From: an uncultured delta proteobacterium
GTDB taxonomy: Bacteria > Desulfobacterota > BSN033 > UBA1163
Direction: 5' to 3'
Assembly: GCA_963708295.1 (NCBI GenBank)
Contig: CAVPSJ010000004.1
Span: forward strand, 832,001 to 896,000
DNA: 64,000 nt
The translations under genes and the position numbers were made by a program. How positions within the stretch are numbered: position 1 is the first letter of the stretch; each line of letters starts with the position of its first letter. Of the stretch, positions 50,530 to 59,299 are shown one piece after another. A model generated the notes under the pieces. The model was given only the letters and a program-made list of their open reading frames with translations. It ran no database searches and was not told the origin of the DNA.

Positions 50530-52872
50530 ATGAAGAAAAATTTGCTTATCCTGGTGATGGGCCTTTGCCTGATCCTCATGTCCGCCATGTTGGCTCCTGT
50601 GCCCGCTTTCGCCGAGAAAACCAAGGCCGGACAAGCAAAAGAGGCAATTAAGGGGAAAAGGTTATTAGAGGGGGTCTTCGGCGGTCCCGTGCAAGGGCTT
50701 GATTACAAAACACCGACTATTTCCGGCATAACCAACGAAAAGGGTGAGTTCAAATACCGCCTGGGGGAAACAGTCACCTTCTCTATCGGCGGACTGGTGC
50801 TCGGGGCTTCACCCGCTCGCAATTTGATTACCCCGGCCCACTTGGCGATTGAGGTCGCCGGGGATGCCATGAAATTACGTAATCAGAAGGTAACCAACAT
50901 TGCCAGACTGATTCAAAGTCTGGACTCGGATAGCAATCTGGAAAACGGCATCACCCTGACGGATGATGCAAAGAATACCGTTCAGAAATACCGTTATCGG
51001 ATAAACTTCGACCAGCCTGAACAGGTATTTGCGCAAAACCCCGATGTGTCTGCGCTTTTTGCTGAACTGAAACTTCCGTTGCGAAACCCGGCCGAAGCGA
51101 GAAACCACCTGCGCCGTACGCTCATGGGCATTATGAAGTTGACCGATGTGAGAATCCCCACCCGTGACGGCTCTTACCTTCTGGCCGACGTTTACCGCCC
51201 GATTAAAGATGGCAAATACCCGGTGCTGATGACGCTGGGCGCCTACGGGAAGGCTTTCACTTTCGGATGTATCTGCAATCCGGCTGACTTGTTGAAGTTC
51301 GAACAAATCGAGGACAACTATTTTAACGGAATTGCGCCCGCTCCCTCCACCTTCACCGACCCCAAAGTAAAGGGACATCCCGTGGTTCCTCACGTGGCTG
51401 AGCACTTCGAACGCGCCAACAGTGTGGACTGGGTCCCCAATGGCTATGTCGTCGTGCATGTTGATGAGAGGGGTACCTGTAACAGCCCGGGAACATTCGA
51501 GCAGTTCAGCCTCCAGGAAGCTAATGACTACTATGACGCTATAGAATGGGCGGGAACGCAGAAATGGAGCAACGGTAATGTGGGCTTATGGGGGGCGTCC
51601 TACTATGCCATGACGCAATACACTGTTGCCCAGCTTCAGCCGCCGCATCTGAAGGCCATGGTGCCGATTGGCGGCGACCTCAATTCATACCGGGACTACA
51701 TTTATTCGGGCGGCGGCCTTTATAATCCGTTCAACTTCGTCGCCCGAAACTCCTGTGGCGAATGGAAGGGCGTGGACTGGGTCCCTATCGCCCTGGCCAA
51801 TCCCTTTGATGACCCTGCAATATACGGCGCGTCAGGCACACTTTGCGTGAGCGCCAACCCGGACAGGATTACTGTGCCGTTCTGGAGTGCCATGGGCACG
51901 GAAGGAACCATCCACACCCGAGGCAGCAGCGATGCATTCGTCCAGGCTGCCTCCAAGCATAAGAAATTGCTCATACTCTCCGAACCGGGCATTCATTTCT
52001 GGTCCTATGCCAAGGAGTTTTTCGAAAGCTACAAGGCATTCTTCGACTACTGGCTCAAGGGTGTAAAGAATGACATTATGAAAGAGCCGCCGGTACGGAT
52101 GATGGTTCGCACGGGTTGGACCGGTTACTACTGGCAATACGAGAACGAATGGCCTGTTGCCCGGACCAGGTATACTAAGTACTATCTTGAGGCCATTCCG
52201 TCGAGTTTCCCCGGCAATGATAAGAGGAAAGAATTCTTGCGCCTCGGACCCGGCGTACCGGCTTCGGAGGCCAAAACCACCTATTCCGCGGATGTGAAAT
52301 TCGGGGTTGACTCTCCCTGGTCTTACGGTGTTTCTTTCGTCACAGAACCTCTGAAAGAAGATACGCTGATAGCGGGCTATATCAAGGCGGTGCTTTGGGT
52401 ATCTTCCAGCTCTCATGACATGCAGATTCACGCTTACGTCAGGGTCATGGACGAGAACAACCAGGAAGTCTCCTTCGCAACGGGCAACCCTGGGATGAAT
52501 AGACTCTACCCGGTAGGACAGGGCGCTCTTAAAGTCTCCCATCGGAAACTGGACCCGGCCAGGTCCACGGTCTACCGACCCTATCATACTCACCAGAAGG
52601 CGGACTACCAGCCCTTGATTCCGGGGGAAATTGTTGAGGCCCAGGTTGAGCTCTGGCCGACGACTGCCCTGATAAGAAAAGGCTGGCGCATCAGACTTGA
52701 CGTGCAACCAGCTACCGGTGAGGGTTTCATGGCACCGCTCATCGACCCGCAGGATAGTAAGTACCAGGCAGGCGCGTCCAATACCATTTATACGGGTCCG
52801 GAGCATCCCTCTTACGTGCAACTTCCTTTAGTGCCGGCAAATCTTGGAAAGCAAACAAGGGCCCGCGATTGA
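50530..52872 (+). CDS. Secreted CocE/NonD hydrolase with an extra N-terminal domain
   Basis: Signal peptide; TRDG..LADVYRP, GAYGK, WSNGNVGLWGASYY, PPHLKAMVP. Confidence 0.9.
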   Translation: MKKNLLILVMGLCLILMSAMLAPVPAFAEKTKAGQAKEAIKGKRLLEGVFGGPVQGLDYKTPTISGITNEKGEFKYRLGETVTFSIGGLVLGASPARNLITPAHLAIEVAGDAMKLRNQKVTNIARLIQSLDSDSNLENGITLTDDAKNTVQKYRYRINFDQPEQVFAQNPDVSALFAELKLPLRNPAEARNHLRRTLMGIMKLTDVRIPTRDGSYLLADVYRPIKDGKYPVLMTLGAYGKAFTFGCICNPADLLKFEQIEDNYFNGIAPAPSTFTDPKVKGHPVVPHVAEHFERANSVDWVPNGYVVVHVDERGTCNSPGTFEQFSLQEANDYYDAIEWAGTQKWSNGNVGLWGASYYAMTQYTVAQLQPPHLKAMVPIGGDLNSYRDYIYSGGGLYNPFNFVARNSCGEWKGVDWVPIALANPFDDPAIYGASGTLCVSANPDRITVPFWSAMGTEGTIHTRGSSDAFVQAASKHKKLLILSEPGIHFWSYAKEFFESYKAFFDYWLKGVKNDIMKEPPVRMMVRTGWTGYYWQYENEWPVARTRYTKYYLEAIPSSFPGNDKRKEFLRLGPGVPASEAKTTYSADVKFGVDSPWSYGVSFVTEPLKEDTLIAGYIKAVLWVSSSSHDMQIHAYVRVMDENNQEVSFATGNPGMNRLYPVGQGALKVSHRKLDPARSTVYRPYHTHQKADYQPLIPGEIVEAQVELWPTTALIRKGWRIRLDVQPATGEGFMAPLIDPQDSKYQAGASNTIYTGPEHPSYVQLPLVPANLGKQTRARD

Positions 52873-52917
52873 ACAGCGAAAACCGCGGGAGGGAGATGAC
52901 TATGACCTGATGAAAGT

Positions 52918-53060
52918 ACGGTTTGGGCCCTTCTTCTCGGATATCGACAACAAGGGCAGGGATGTGAACCACTCGGGGGGAAATATGACTCGTACCCAGA
53001 TACCTTCTATTCCTCCGAAATATCAGGCCGGCGATTAAGTTTACTGTTAAACGGCGACAA
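52918..53060 (+). pseudogene. Decayed copy of the 3' end of the CocE gene at 47600-49369
   Basis: DNA similarity to 49232-49380, including CCTCCGA.ATATCAGGCCGGCGATTA. Confidence 0.75.
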
Positions 53061-53149
53061 TCCTATTTCTGTCGCCGAAGCAATCAAATAGTTGGATAAA
53101 CTGTATTTGGATCATTACGACATTGGTTGGACAGAGGAGGATATCTCCA

Positions 53150-54109
53150 ATGAAAAGTTTGGTCGTCTATTACTCTCAAACGGGAAACACCAAAAAGGTC
53201 GCTCGTGCAATTCACAAAGGGATGAGCCCACTGCTGGAGCAATGCGATATCGCCACGGTCAAGGAGATCAAGCCTCAGGATGTGAGCAAGTATGATTTGA
53301 TCGGCCTGGGCAGTCCGGTATGGGATGGCGCAGAGGCCCCCAATGTCAGACGCTTCACAGAAAACATGCTGAATCAGCAGGGAAGGCACATCTTCTCCTT
53401 TAATACCCACGGCGTCATGCCGGAACACTATTTCCCCACCGTGGTCAGGAGGTTGAAGGGGAAGGGTTTCACGGTCATTGGGATGCGGGACTGGTACGGG
53501 GACGGCATTTTTCAGCTTGCCCCCAGTCCCTATTTTACCCACGGACATCCGGACGAGATTGACCTGAAAGAGGCGGAGGATTTTGGGAGAGAAATGGTGG
53601 AGGTCAGTCGTAGGATATCGGCCGGGGAGGTCGTTCTCATTCCTCCTGTGCCCGCGCGTGTGTTTACGGAACAATTGCATGTCCTGACGGAGTTCTACCG
53701 GTCCGGCCATAACCCGCACGGCCTCATTAAATATGATTCCGAAAAGTGTGCCTATCCGAAATGCCGCCTCTGTATGGATCACTGCCTGATGGATTACATC
53801 GACCTGTCGGCTTCGCCAAGGGTCTTCGGGTCTAACAAAACAGAGTGTGACATGTGGCTTGGTTGCACCTTTTGCGAAATGATCTGCCCCACCGGCGCCA
53901 TATCCTGCGACTGGGAGGGATTCCAACGGGATTTCGGGGGAAAGATCGGTGTGGTTCTTGGCGGCAATCCACTTGCGAATGCTGCAGAAGAAGCCATTGC
54001 TTCAGGTCGATTGAGGATGCTGGTGCCCAAGGAAGAGGTGAGGTGGGATAGGCCCTATTTCAAGGTTCACAATAAACACCCTCGCTTCAAGATACCTAAG
54101 GAAAAGTGA
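53150..54109 (+). CDS. Flavodoxin + 4Fe-4S ferredoxin fusion protein
   Basis: YYSQTGNTKKVA, GHPDE.DL..A..FG, C..PKCRLC..HC and C..GCTFCE.ICP. Confidence 0.85.
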   Translation: MKSLVVYYSQTGNTKKVARAIHKGMSPLLEQCDIATVKEIKPQDVSKYDLIGLGSPVWDGAEAPNVRRFTENMLNQQGRHIFSFNTHGVMPEHYFPTVVRRLKGKGFTVIGMRDWYGDGIFQLAPSPYFTHGHPDEIDLKEAEDFGREMVEVSRRISAGEVVLIPPVPARVFTEQLHVLTEFYRSGHNPHGLIKYDSEKCAYPKCRLCMDHCLMDYIDLSASPRVFGSNKTECDMWLGCTFCEMICPTGAISCDWEGFQRDFGGKIGVVLGGNPLANAAEEAIASGRLRMLVPKEEVRWDRPYFKVHNKHPRFKIPKEK

Positions 54110-54143
54110 CATTGCGGGGTGAACTTTCAGAGAGGAGGTGTCT

Positions 54144-55742
54144 ATGGATTACCAAAAAAGATTCGTTGTTATTGGACTCATTGCTCTTGTGGCCCTGCTG
54201 TCGCTGACAAGGCCCGGCCTAGCTGCTCAGAGCACCCCGGTCATGGCCTGTCCGGGCCTGATGGACATGACGAAGTTCTTCCAACCGGGGGCCACGATCA
54301 CCTCGGCCAAGATGGTTCCCGCAGGTGACGGGCTGCCCGAACACTGCAAAGTAGAGGGGTGGCGGTGGCCTGACGACGGGTTCGTCGTCAAGCTGCCGTC
54401 TCAATGGAATGGCCGCCTCTTCCAGGTCGGGAACGGCGGTGCAGGCGGTTCGATCGATGAAGCGGCGATGGTAATGGGTCTTCAAAAGGGTTTTGCAGCG
54501 GCTGGAGGAAGCGGTGGCCACAGAACCCCTGCCACCCTGTTCCAGTTCGGCTATTTTGCTAATGACCCCGTAGCCTACCGGAAGATGGTCGATTACTGCT
54601 CGGAATCGGTTCACTCCAGCAACGAACTGGTGCGCAAGATGATCAAGACATACTATGGTGTCGCTCCTATATATGCCTACTACGTGGGTTATTCTACCGG
54701 CGGAAGGCAAGGTCTTATGGAGGCCCAGCGGTATCCCGATGACTTCGACGGAATCCTGGGAGGCGGGGACCCCGCACCCTTTACAGTGAGAACCATGGAG
54801 GACACCTGGGTCTCTACCCAACTGCTCGGCCCGGCCCATATCCCGCACGCCAAGCTCCCTCTTCTCGCCGAGGCAGTTATGGCCAAGTGCGACGAGATCG
54901 ATGGATTAAAAGATGGTGTGATCGAAGATCCTCGCAAGTGCGCCTTCAATGCATTGACCGATCTACCCGCCTGTCCAGGGAATAGCGATGGGGTGAACTG
55001 CTTTACTGAGGTCCAGCGGCAGGTTGCCTACAACATATACCGGGGTCCGCAGACCTCGTCGGGCAAGCTCCTTGCAATGGGTGTCAGTTTCGGCAGTGAG
55101 GCCATCATGGCAGACGGCAAAAGCGGCTGGACCATGTTTGTTCCCGAGAAGCCAGGGGGCGGCACATATTCCTTGGGACTGGGTTCCAGCTTTGTGAAGT
55201 GGGTCGGCCTGCCTCCCACGAGCGGTGGGCCGAACTGGGACTGGAAGACATTCAACGTCGATACGGACTGGGATGTGGTGAGGGGTAACTGGGGAGAGAT
55301 GTGTGATACCAACGATCCGGACCTACGGGCCTTTAAAGCGAAAGGAAAGAAGTTCATCGACTATCATGGCTGGGCTGATGCGCTTTGCTGGCCCTTCCGG
55401 GCGATCGACTACTATGACGAGGTGATGAAGAAGATAGGAAGCCTTGAGGAGACAAGGAAGTTCTACAGGCTCTACATGATCCCGGGCATGACCCATTTTC
55501 CAGGAGGACGCGGGGTGCTCGACAGAAATACGTTGCGAGAGCCCATGTTCCAGGCCTTGCAGGACTGGGTTGAAAAGGGCATCGAGCCTATCAAACCTTT
55601 TGTGGGGTCGCGACCGGTGGTACCCGGCAAGTGGGATGCCATCACGCGGCCTGTCTGCGCCTATCCCGAAGTGGCTCGGTACCGCGGTTCGGGCAGCACG
55701 GACGCGGCAGAGAACTTCACCTGCGTGAATCCGTCTCCGTGA
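54144..55742 (+). CDS. Tannase/feruloyl esterase family hydrolase, secreted
   Basis: LPSQWNGR..VGNGG, GYSTGGRQG..AQRYP.DFDG, YHGWAD, YMIPGMTH, TRPVCAYP. Confidence 0.92.
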   Translation: MDYQKRFVVIGLIALVALLSLTRPGLAAQSTPVMACPGLMDMTKFFQPGATITSAKMVPAGDGLPEHCKVEGWRWPDDGFVVKLPSQWNGRLFQVGNGGAGGSIDEAAMVMGLQKGFAAAGGSGGHRTPATLFQFGYFANDPVAYRKMVDYCSESVHSSNELVRKMIKTYYGVAPIYAYYVGYSTGGRQGLMEAQRYPDDFDGILGGGDPAPFTVRTMEDTWVSTQLLGPAHIPHAKLPLLAEAVMAKCDEIDGLKDGVIEDPRKCAFNALTDLPACPGNSDGVNCFTEVQRQVAYNIYRGPQTSSGKLLAMGVSFGSEAIMADGKSGWTMFVPEKPGGGTYSLGLGSSFVKWVGLPPTSGGPNWDWKTFNVDTDWDVVRGNWGEMCDTNDPDLRAFKAKGKKFIDYHGWADALCWPFRAIDYYDEVMKKIGSLEETRKFYRLYMIPGMTHFPGGRGVLDRNTLREPMFQALQDWVEKGIEPIKPFVGSRPVVPGKWDAITRPVCAYPEVARYRGSGSTDAAENFTCVNPSP

Positions 55743-55782
55743 TGTTGGATGATTAGCTTTCAAAATCATTGAGGAGGTCAAG

Positions 55783-56745
55783 ATGAAACTGCTGGGACTC
55801 TCCTGTGGAAGGAAGATGCAAAACACCGAGGTCCTCGTCAAAGAAGCGATGATGGCGGCAGAGGAGCTGGGTGCTGAAGCCAGGATGATACGCCTGTTGG
55901 ACCTCGATATTAAGCCTTGCACGGGCTGCACGAAATGCGTGCAAAGTCTGATGCAGGGGGGACCGGGGAAGTGTGTCATCAAAGACGATTTGCACCTTGT
56001 GGATGAACAACTGATGGAATGCGATGGACTTATTCTCGGTTCGCCGGTCTTTGTCCTGACGCCTCATGGATTGCTAAAAGTGATAAGCGACAGGTTCGGT
56101 CCCTCCCATGATTATGCTTTTCGGATGGAAGCTCAGAAGATAAGGGACGCCAAGGGTACCGGTAAAGGTCCTGATGAGAGATCCTTCAAAAAGAGGGTTG
56201 CAGGCTTTATATCCGTCGGTGGTGCAGTTACTCCGCACTGGCTGTCTCTGGGGCTCCCGCTGATGAACCTTTTTACCTTTCCGTCCCATATCCAGGTTGT
56301 TGACCAGATGCAAGTGCTCGGGGTGAGCAGGTGGGGCCATGTTGTGTTGAATGACGAAGCCATGGCACGGGCCAGGAAGTTGGGGCACAATGTCGCTCAG
56401 GCCATGGGCAAATCTGAGAAGGAAGTGAGGTGGATGGGAGATGAACCGGGAACTTGTCCTGTCTGCCATTCGAACCTTATGACCGTGCCAAGTAAGAATC
56501 CCGTCGAGTGTGCCATATGCGGTATCAAGGGAGAGATCAAGGTCGAGGGCGACGAGATCTCCGTGACCTTCAGTGAGGAGGAGCAGAAGAAAGCCCGGTT
56601 GACGGTTGCGGGGAAATTAGAGCACTATCTCGAGATACGGGACAATTTTAAAATAGCTGCGGCAAGAAAGGATCTCGATCAGATTCCTGAAAGATTAAAG
56701 AAATACGAAGGGTATAGAGAAATAGAGAAGAAAAGTCGTCAATGA
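55783..56745 (+). CDS. Extended iron-sulfur flavoprotein
   Basis: GLSCGRKMQNTE, CTGCTKC...C, CPVCH...CAICG. Confidence 0.88.
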   Translation: MKLLGLSCGRKMQNTEVLVKEAMMAAEELGAEARMIRLLDLDIKPCTGCTKCVQSLMQGGPGKCVIKDDLHLVDEQLMECDGLILGSPVFVLTPHGLLKVISDRFGPSHDYAFRMEAQKIRDAKGTGKGPDERSFKKRVAGFISVGGAVTPHWLSLGLPLMNLFTFPSHIQVVDQMQVLGVSRWGHVVLNDEAMARARKLGHNVAQAMGKSEKEVRWMGDEPGTCPVCHSNLMTVPSKNPVECAICGIKGEIKVEGDEISVTFSEEEQKKARLTVAGKLEHYLEIRDNFKIAAARKDLDQIPERLKKYEGYREIEKKSRQ

Positions 56746-56825
56746 ACAATTAGCAATGATCAATTAGCATTTTAATCATTCTTGCTCAAATTGGATTTTA
56801 GCTTGGTGATGTTACGCAAGCTTAA

Positions 56826-56920
56826 ATTCGAGATTGCCGCGTCACTATCGCTCCTCGCAATGACACTAACGGTTTGTCTTGACTAATGTTGTCATTGCGA
56901 GCAAAGCGAAGCAATCTCGT
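56826..56920. repeat. REP-like pair (GAGATTGC...CTCGCAATGAC / GTCATTGCGAG...GCAATCTC) inside heptamer-periodic flanks
   Basis: Inverted repeat read directly. Confidence 0.65.
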
Positions 56921-57006
56921 ATTTTGGACAATAATACATGTTTATACAATGCTAAGTTTGCAGTGCTAATTTTACAATTTGCATTTATCTTTTGTGAGAG
57001 GGTGAT

Positions 57007-59116
57007 TTGACCGCGATCTCATTGAATATTGACGGACGGGACATTGAGACGAAAAAGGGGAGGACAGTGCTCGAAGCCGCACTGGAGGCAGGGGTCTATA
57101 TTCCCCATCTCTGTCACCACCCTGATCTCACGCCTGTCGGAGGTTGCGGGTTGTGTCTTGTAGAGATCGAAGGGATGCAAGGGCTGCCCACTTCTTGCAC
57201 GACACCCGCGGAAGAGGGAATGAGGGTGAAGACAAAGACGCCCCAGGTGGACCGGATGCGCCGTCTCGCCATGGAACTGATGCTGTCCGGTCATCCTCCC
57301 GAGTGCACGGTATGCTCCCAGTATCTCAACTGTGAGCTGCAATCCGTGAAGCAATACATCGGGACGAGCGAAGAACTGCGCGTGAGAAGGCGATCAAAAC
57401 CCTTTGCCGCTAATACCGCCAACCCTCTGTTCGTTCACGACCCGGCCAGGTGTATCCTGTGCGGCCGGTGCGTGAGGGCTTGCCATGACCTGCGGGGAGT
57501 CGACGTTCTCTCGTTTATGAAGAAGGGCAAAGAAGCCTATATCGGGACGGGCTCCGATTCTCCCCTCGCCGATGCCGGGTGCAGGTTCTGTGGCGCTTGT
57601 GCGGAGGTTTGCCCCACCGGCGCCCTGAGGGATAAAGAAGAACTGACGAGGGGAAGGAGCCGCAGAGCAGCTCGCGTTCCCTGCAGATACACCTGTCCGG
57701 CGGAAATCGATATCCCCCGGTATATCCGTCTCATCCGTGAAAAAAAATATTCGGAAGCGACAGCGGTCATTCGTGAAAAGGTGCCTTTCCCAAAGGTCCT
57801 TGGGTATGTTTGCAACCACCCCTGTGAAGCGGTCTGTCGTCGCGGCGAGGTGAACGAGTCAATTTCTATAAAGGAACTGAAGCGTTTTGCCGCCGAGCGG
57901 GACCATAACAAGTTATGGGCAAAGAACTCCCGATAAAGCGGAACCAACAGACAAGCGGGTGGCGATTGTCGGGTCAGGGCCGGCGGGACTGACTGCGGCG
58001 TACTACCTTTCAAAACTGGGTCATGCGGTGACCGTCTTCGAAGCCTTACCTTTTCCAGGCGGGATGACGCGCATCGGCATCCCCGAATATCGGCTGCCTC
58101 GAGATGTACTGGAGGAAGAGATTCGGGAGATCGAAAGCAGGGGTGTGGAAATAAGGACCAGCTCGCGGGTGGATTCACTGGATCCTCTCTTTGAAGAGGG
58201 ATACCACGCCATCCTTGTTGCCGTTGGCACCCATGAGGGTCAGAAACTGCCCATTCCCGGAGCCGACCAGGACGGAGTGCTGCTGAGCATGGATTTGCTC
58301 GGGAATGTGAATCTCGGGAAAAAAGTGAAAATCGGCAAAAAGGTGTTGGTGCTGGGCGGGGGAAATGTGGCCTTTGATTGTGCCCGTGTTGCCCGACGGC
58401 TCGGTGCGGACGAAGTCCATTTGGCTTGTCTGGAGTCGAGGGATAAGATGGTGGCCACGCCTGGCGAGATTTCAGAAAGCGAGGAAGAAGGTATCGTGAT
58501 TCACCCTTCCCGGACATTCACGAGGATTTTGGGGGAACATGGGCATATGATCGGCGTCGAATGCCTGAATGTGGACTCCTTCGAATTCGATGAGGAAGGC
58601 AAAGCCCAGATTAACGTTGTTGAAGGTTCAGAGCACCTCCTGTCAGCCGATACGGTCATCTTCGCGATCGGCCAGCGTCCGCAGATCCCCGAGCGGTTTG
58701 AGTTGATGACCGGGAGGGGAAACCGAATTGAAGTTGACCCCGGCACCTTTCAAACCAGCAGGGAAGGTGTCTATGCTGCCGGGGATGCGGTCACGGGAAC
58801 CACATCCGTGATCGAGGCGATCACTTCAGGCCGGAACGGGGCCGTCATTGTGGACAAATACCTCGGCGGCAGCGGTGAGATCGATGAAGTGTTGGTGCCC
58901 GTTGAAAAGCCCGAACCTGGGTTGGGCCGAAGAGATGGGTTTGCCCGCGAGAACCGGTTTGAAAATTCCCGTTTGGCACCAGATAAGCGGGTGATCAGCT
59001 TTTGCCGGATTGTCCATGATCTTGACGAGAAGGCAGCGGTTGCCGAGTCGCACCGGTGCCTGCAGTGCGATCTCAGGCTCAAGATGACACCGGTGAAGTT
59101 TTGGGGAGACTATTAG
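57007..59116 (+). CDS. NuoG-like Fe-S N-terminus fused to a GltD/NfnB-like FAD/NAD(P)H oxidoreductase (frameshift near 57930)
   Basis: IPHLC..GCGLC, HPPECTVC..NCELQ, CILCGRCVRAC, CRFCGACAEVCP, TCPA..VCNHPCE, VGSGPAG, GGGNVAFD, RCLQCD. Confidence 0.9.
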
Positions 59117-59299
59117 CCAGAAAGCAGAAAGCGGTAAGCAGTAAAAGAACAGTGATCAGTCATCAGTTGCCAGTTAACAGAACGGTCGAGGCAGATAGAA
59201 AGCGGACACGGAACACGGACACGCTTGAGTGCCGAAGCACATCAGCGCGCAGGCACGGTCACGTCATTTTTATAGCATTTCGCAAAGGAGGAGGAGACC

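Noticed and set aside
40844-59116. Respiratory complex I or electron-bifurcating hydrogenase
   Set aside because: No membrane Nuo subunits, NuoE/HydC, H-cluster or molybdopterin domain, and the NuoF-like protein lacks the extra ferredoxin domains
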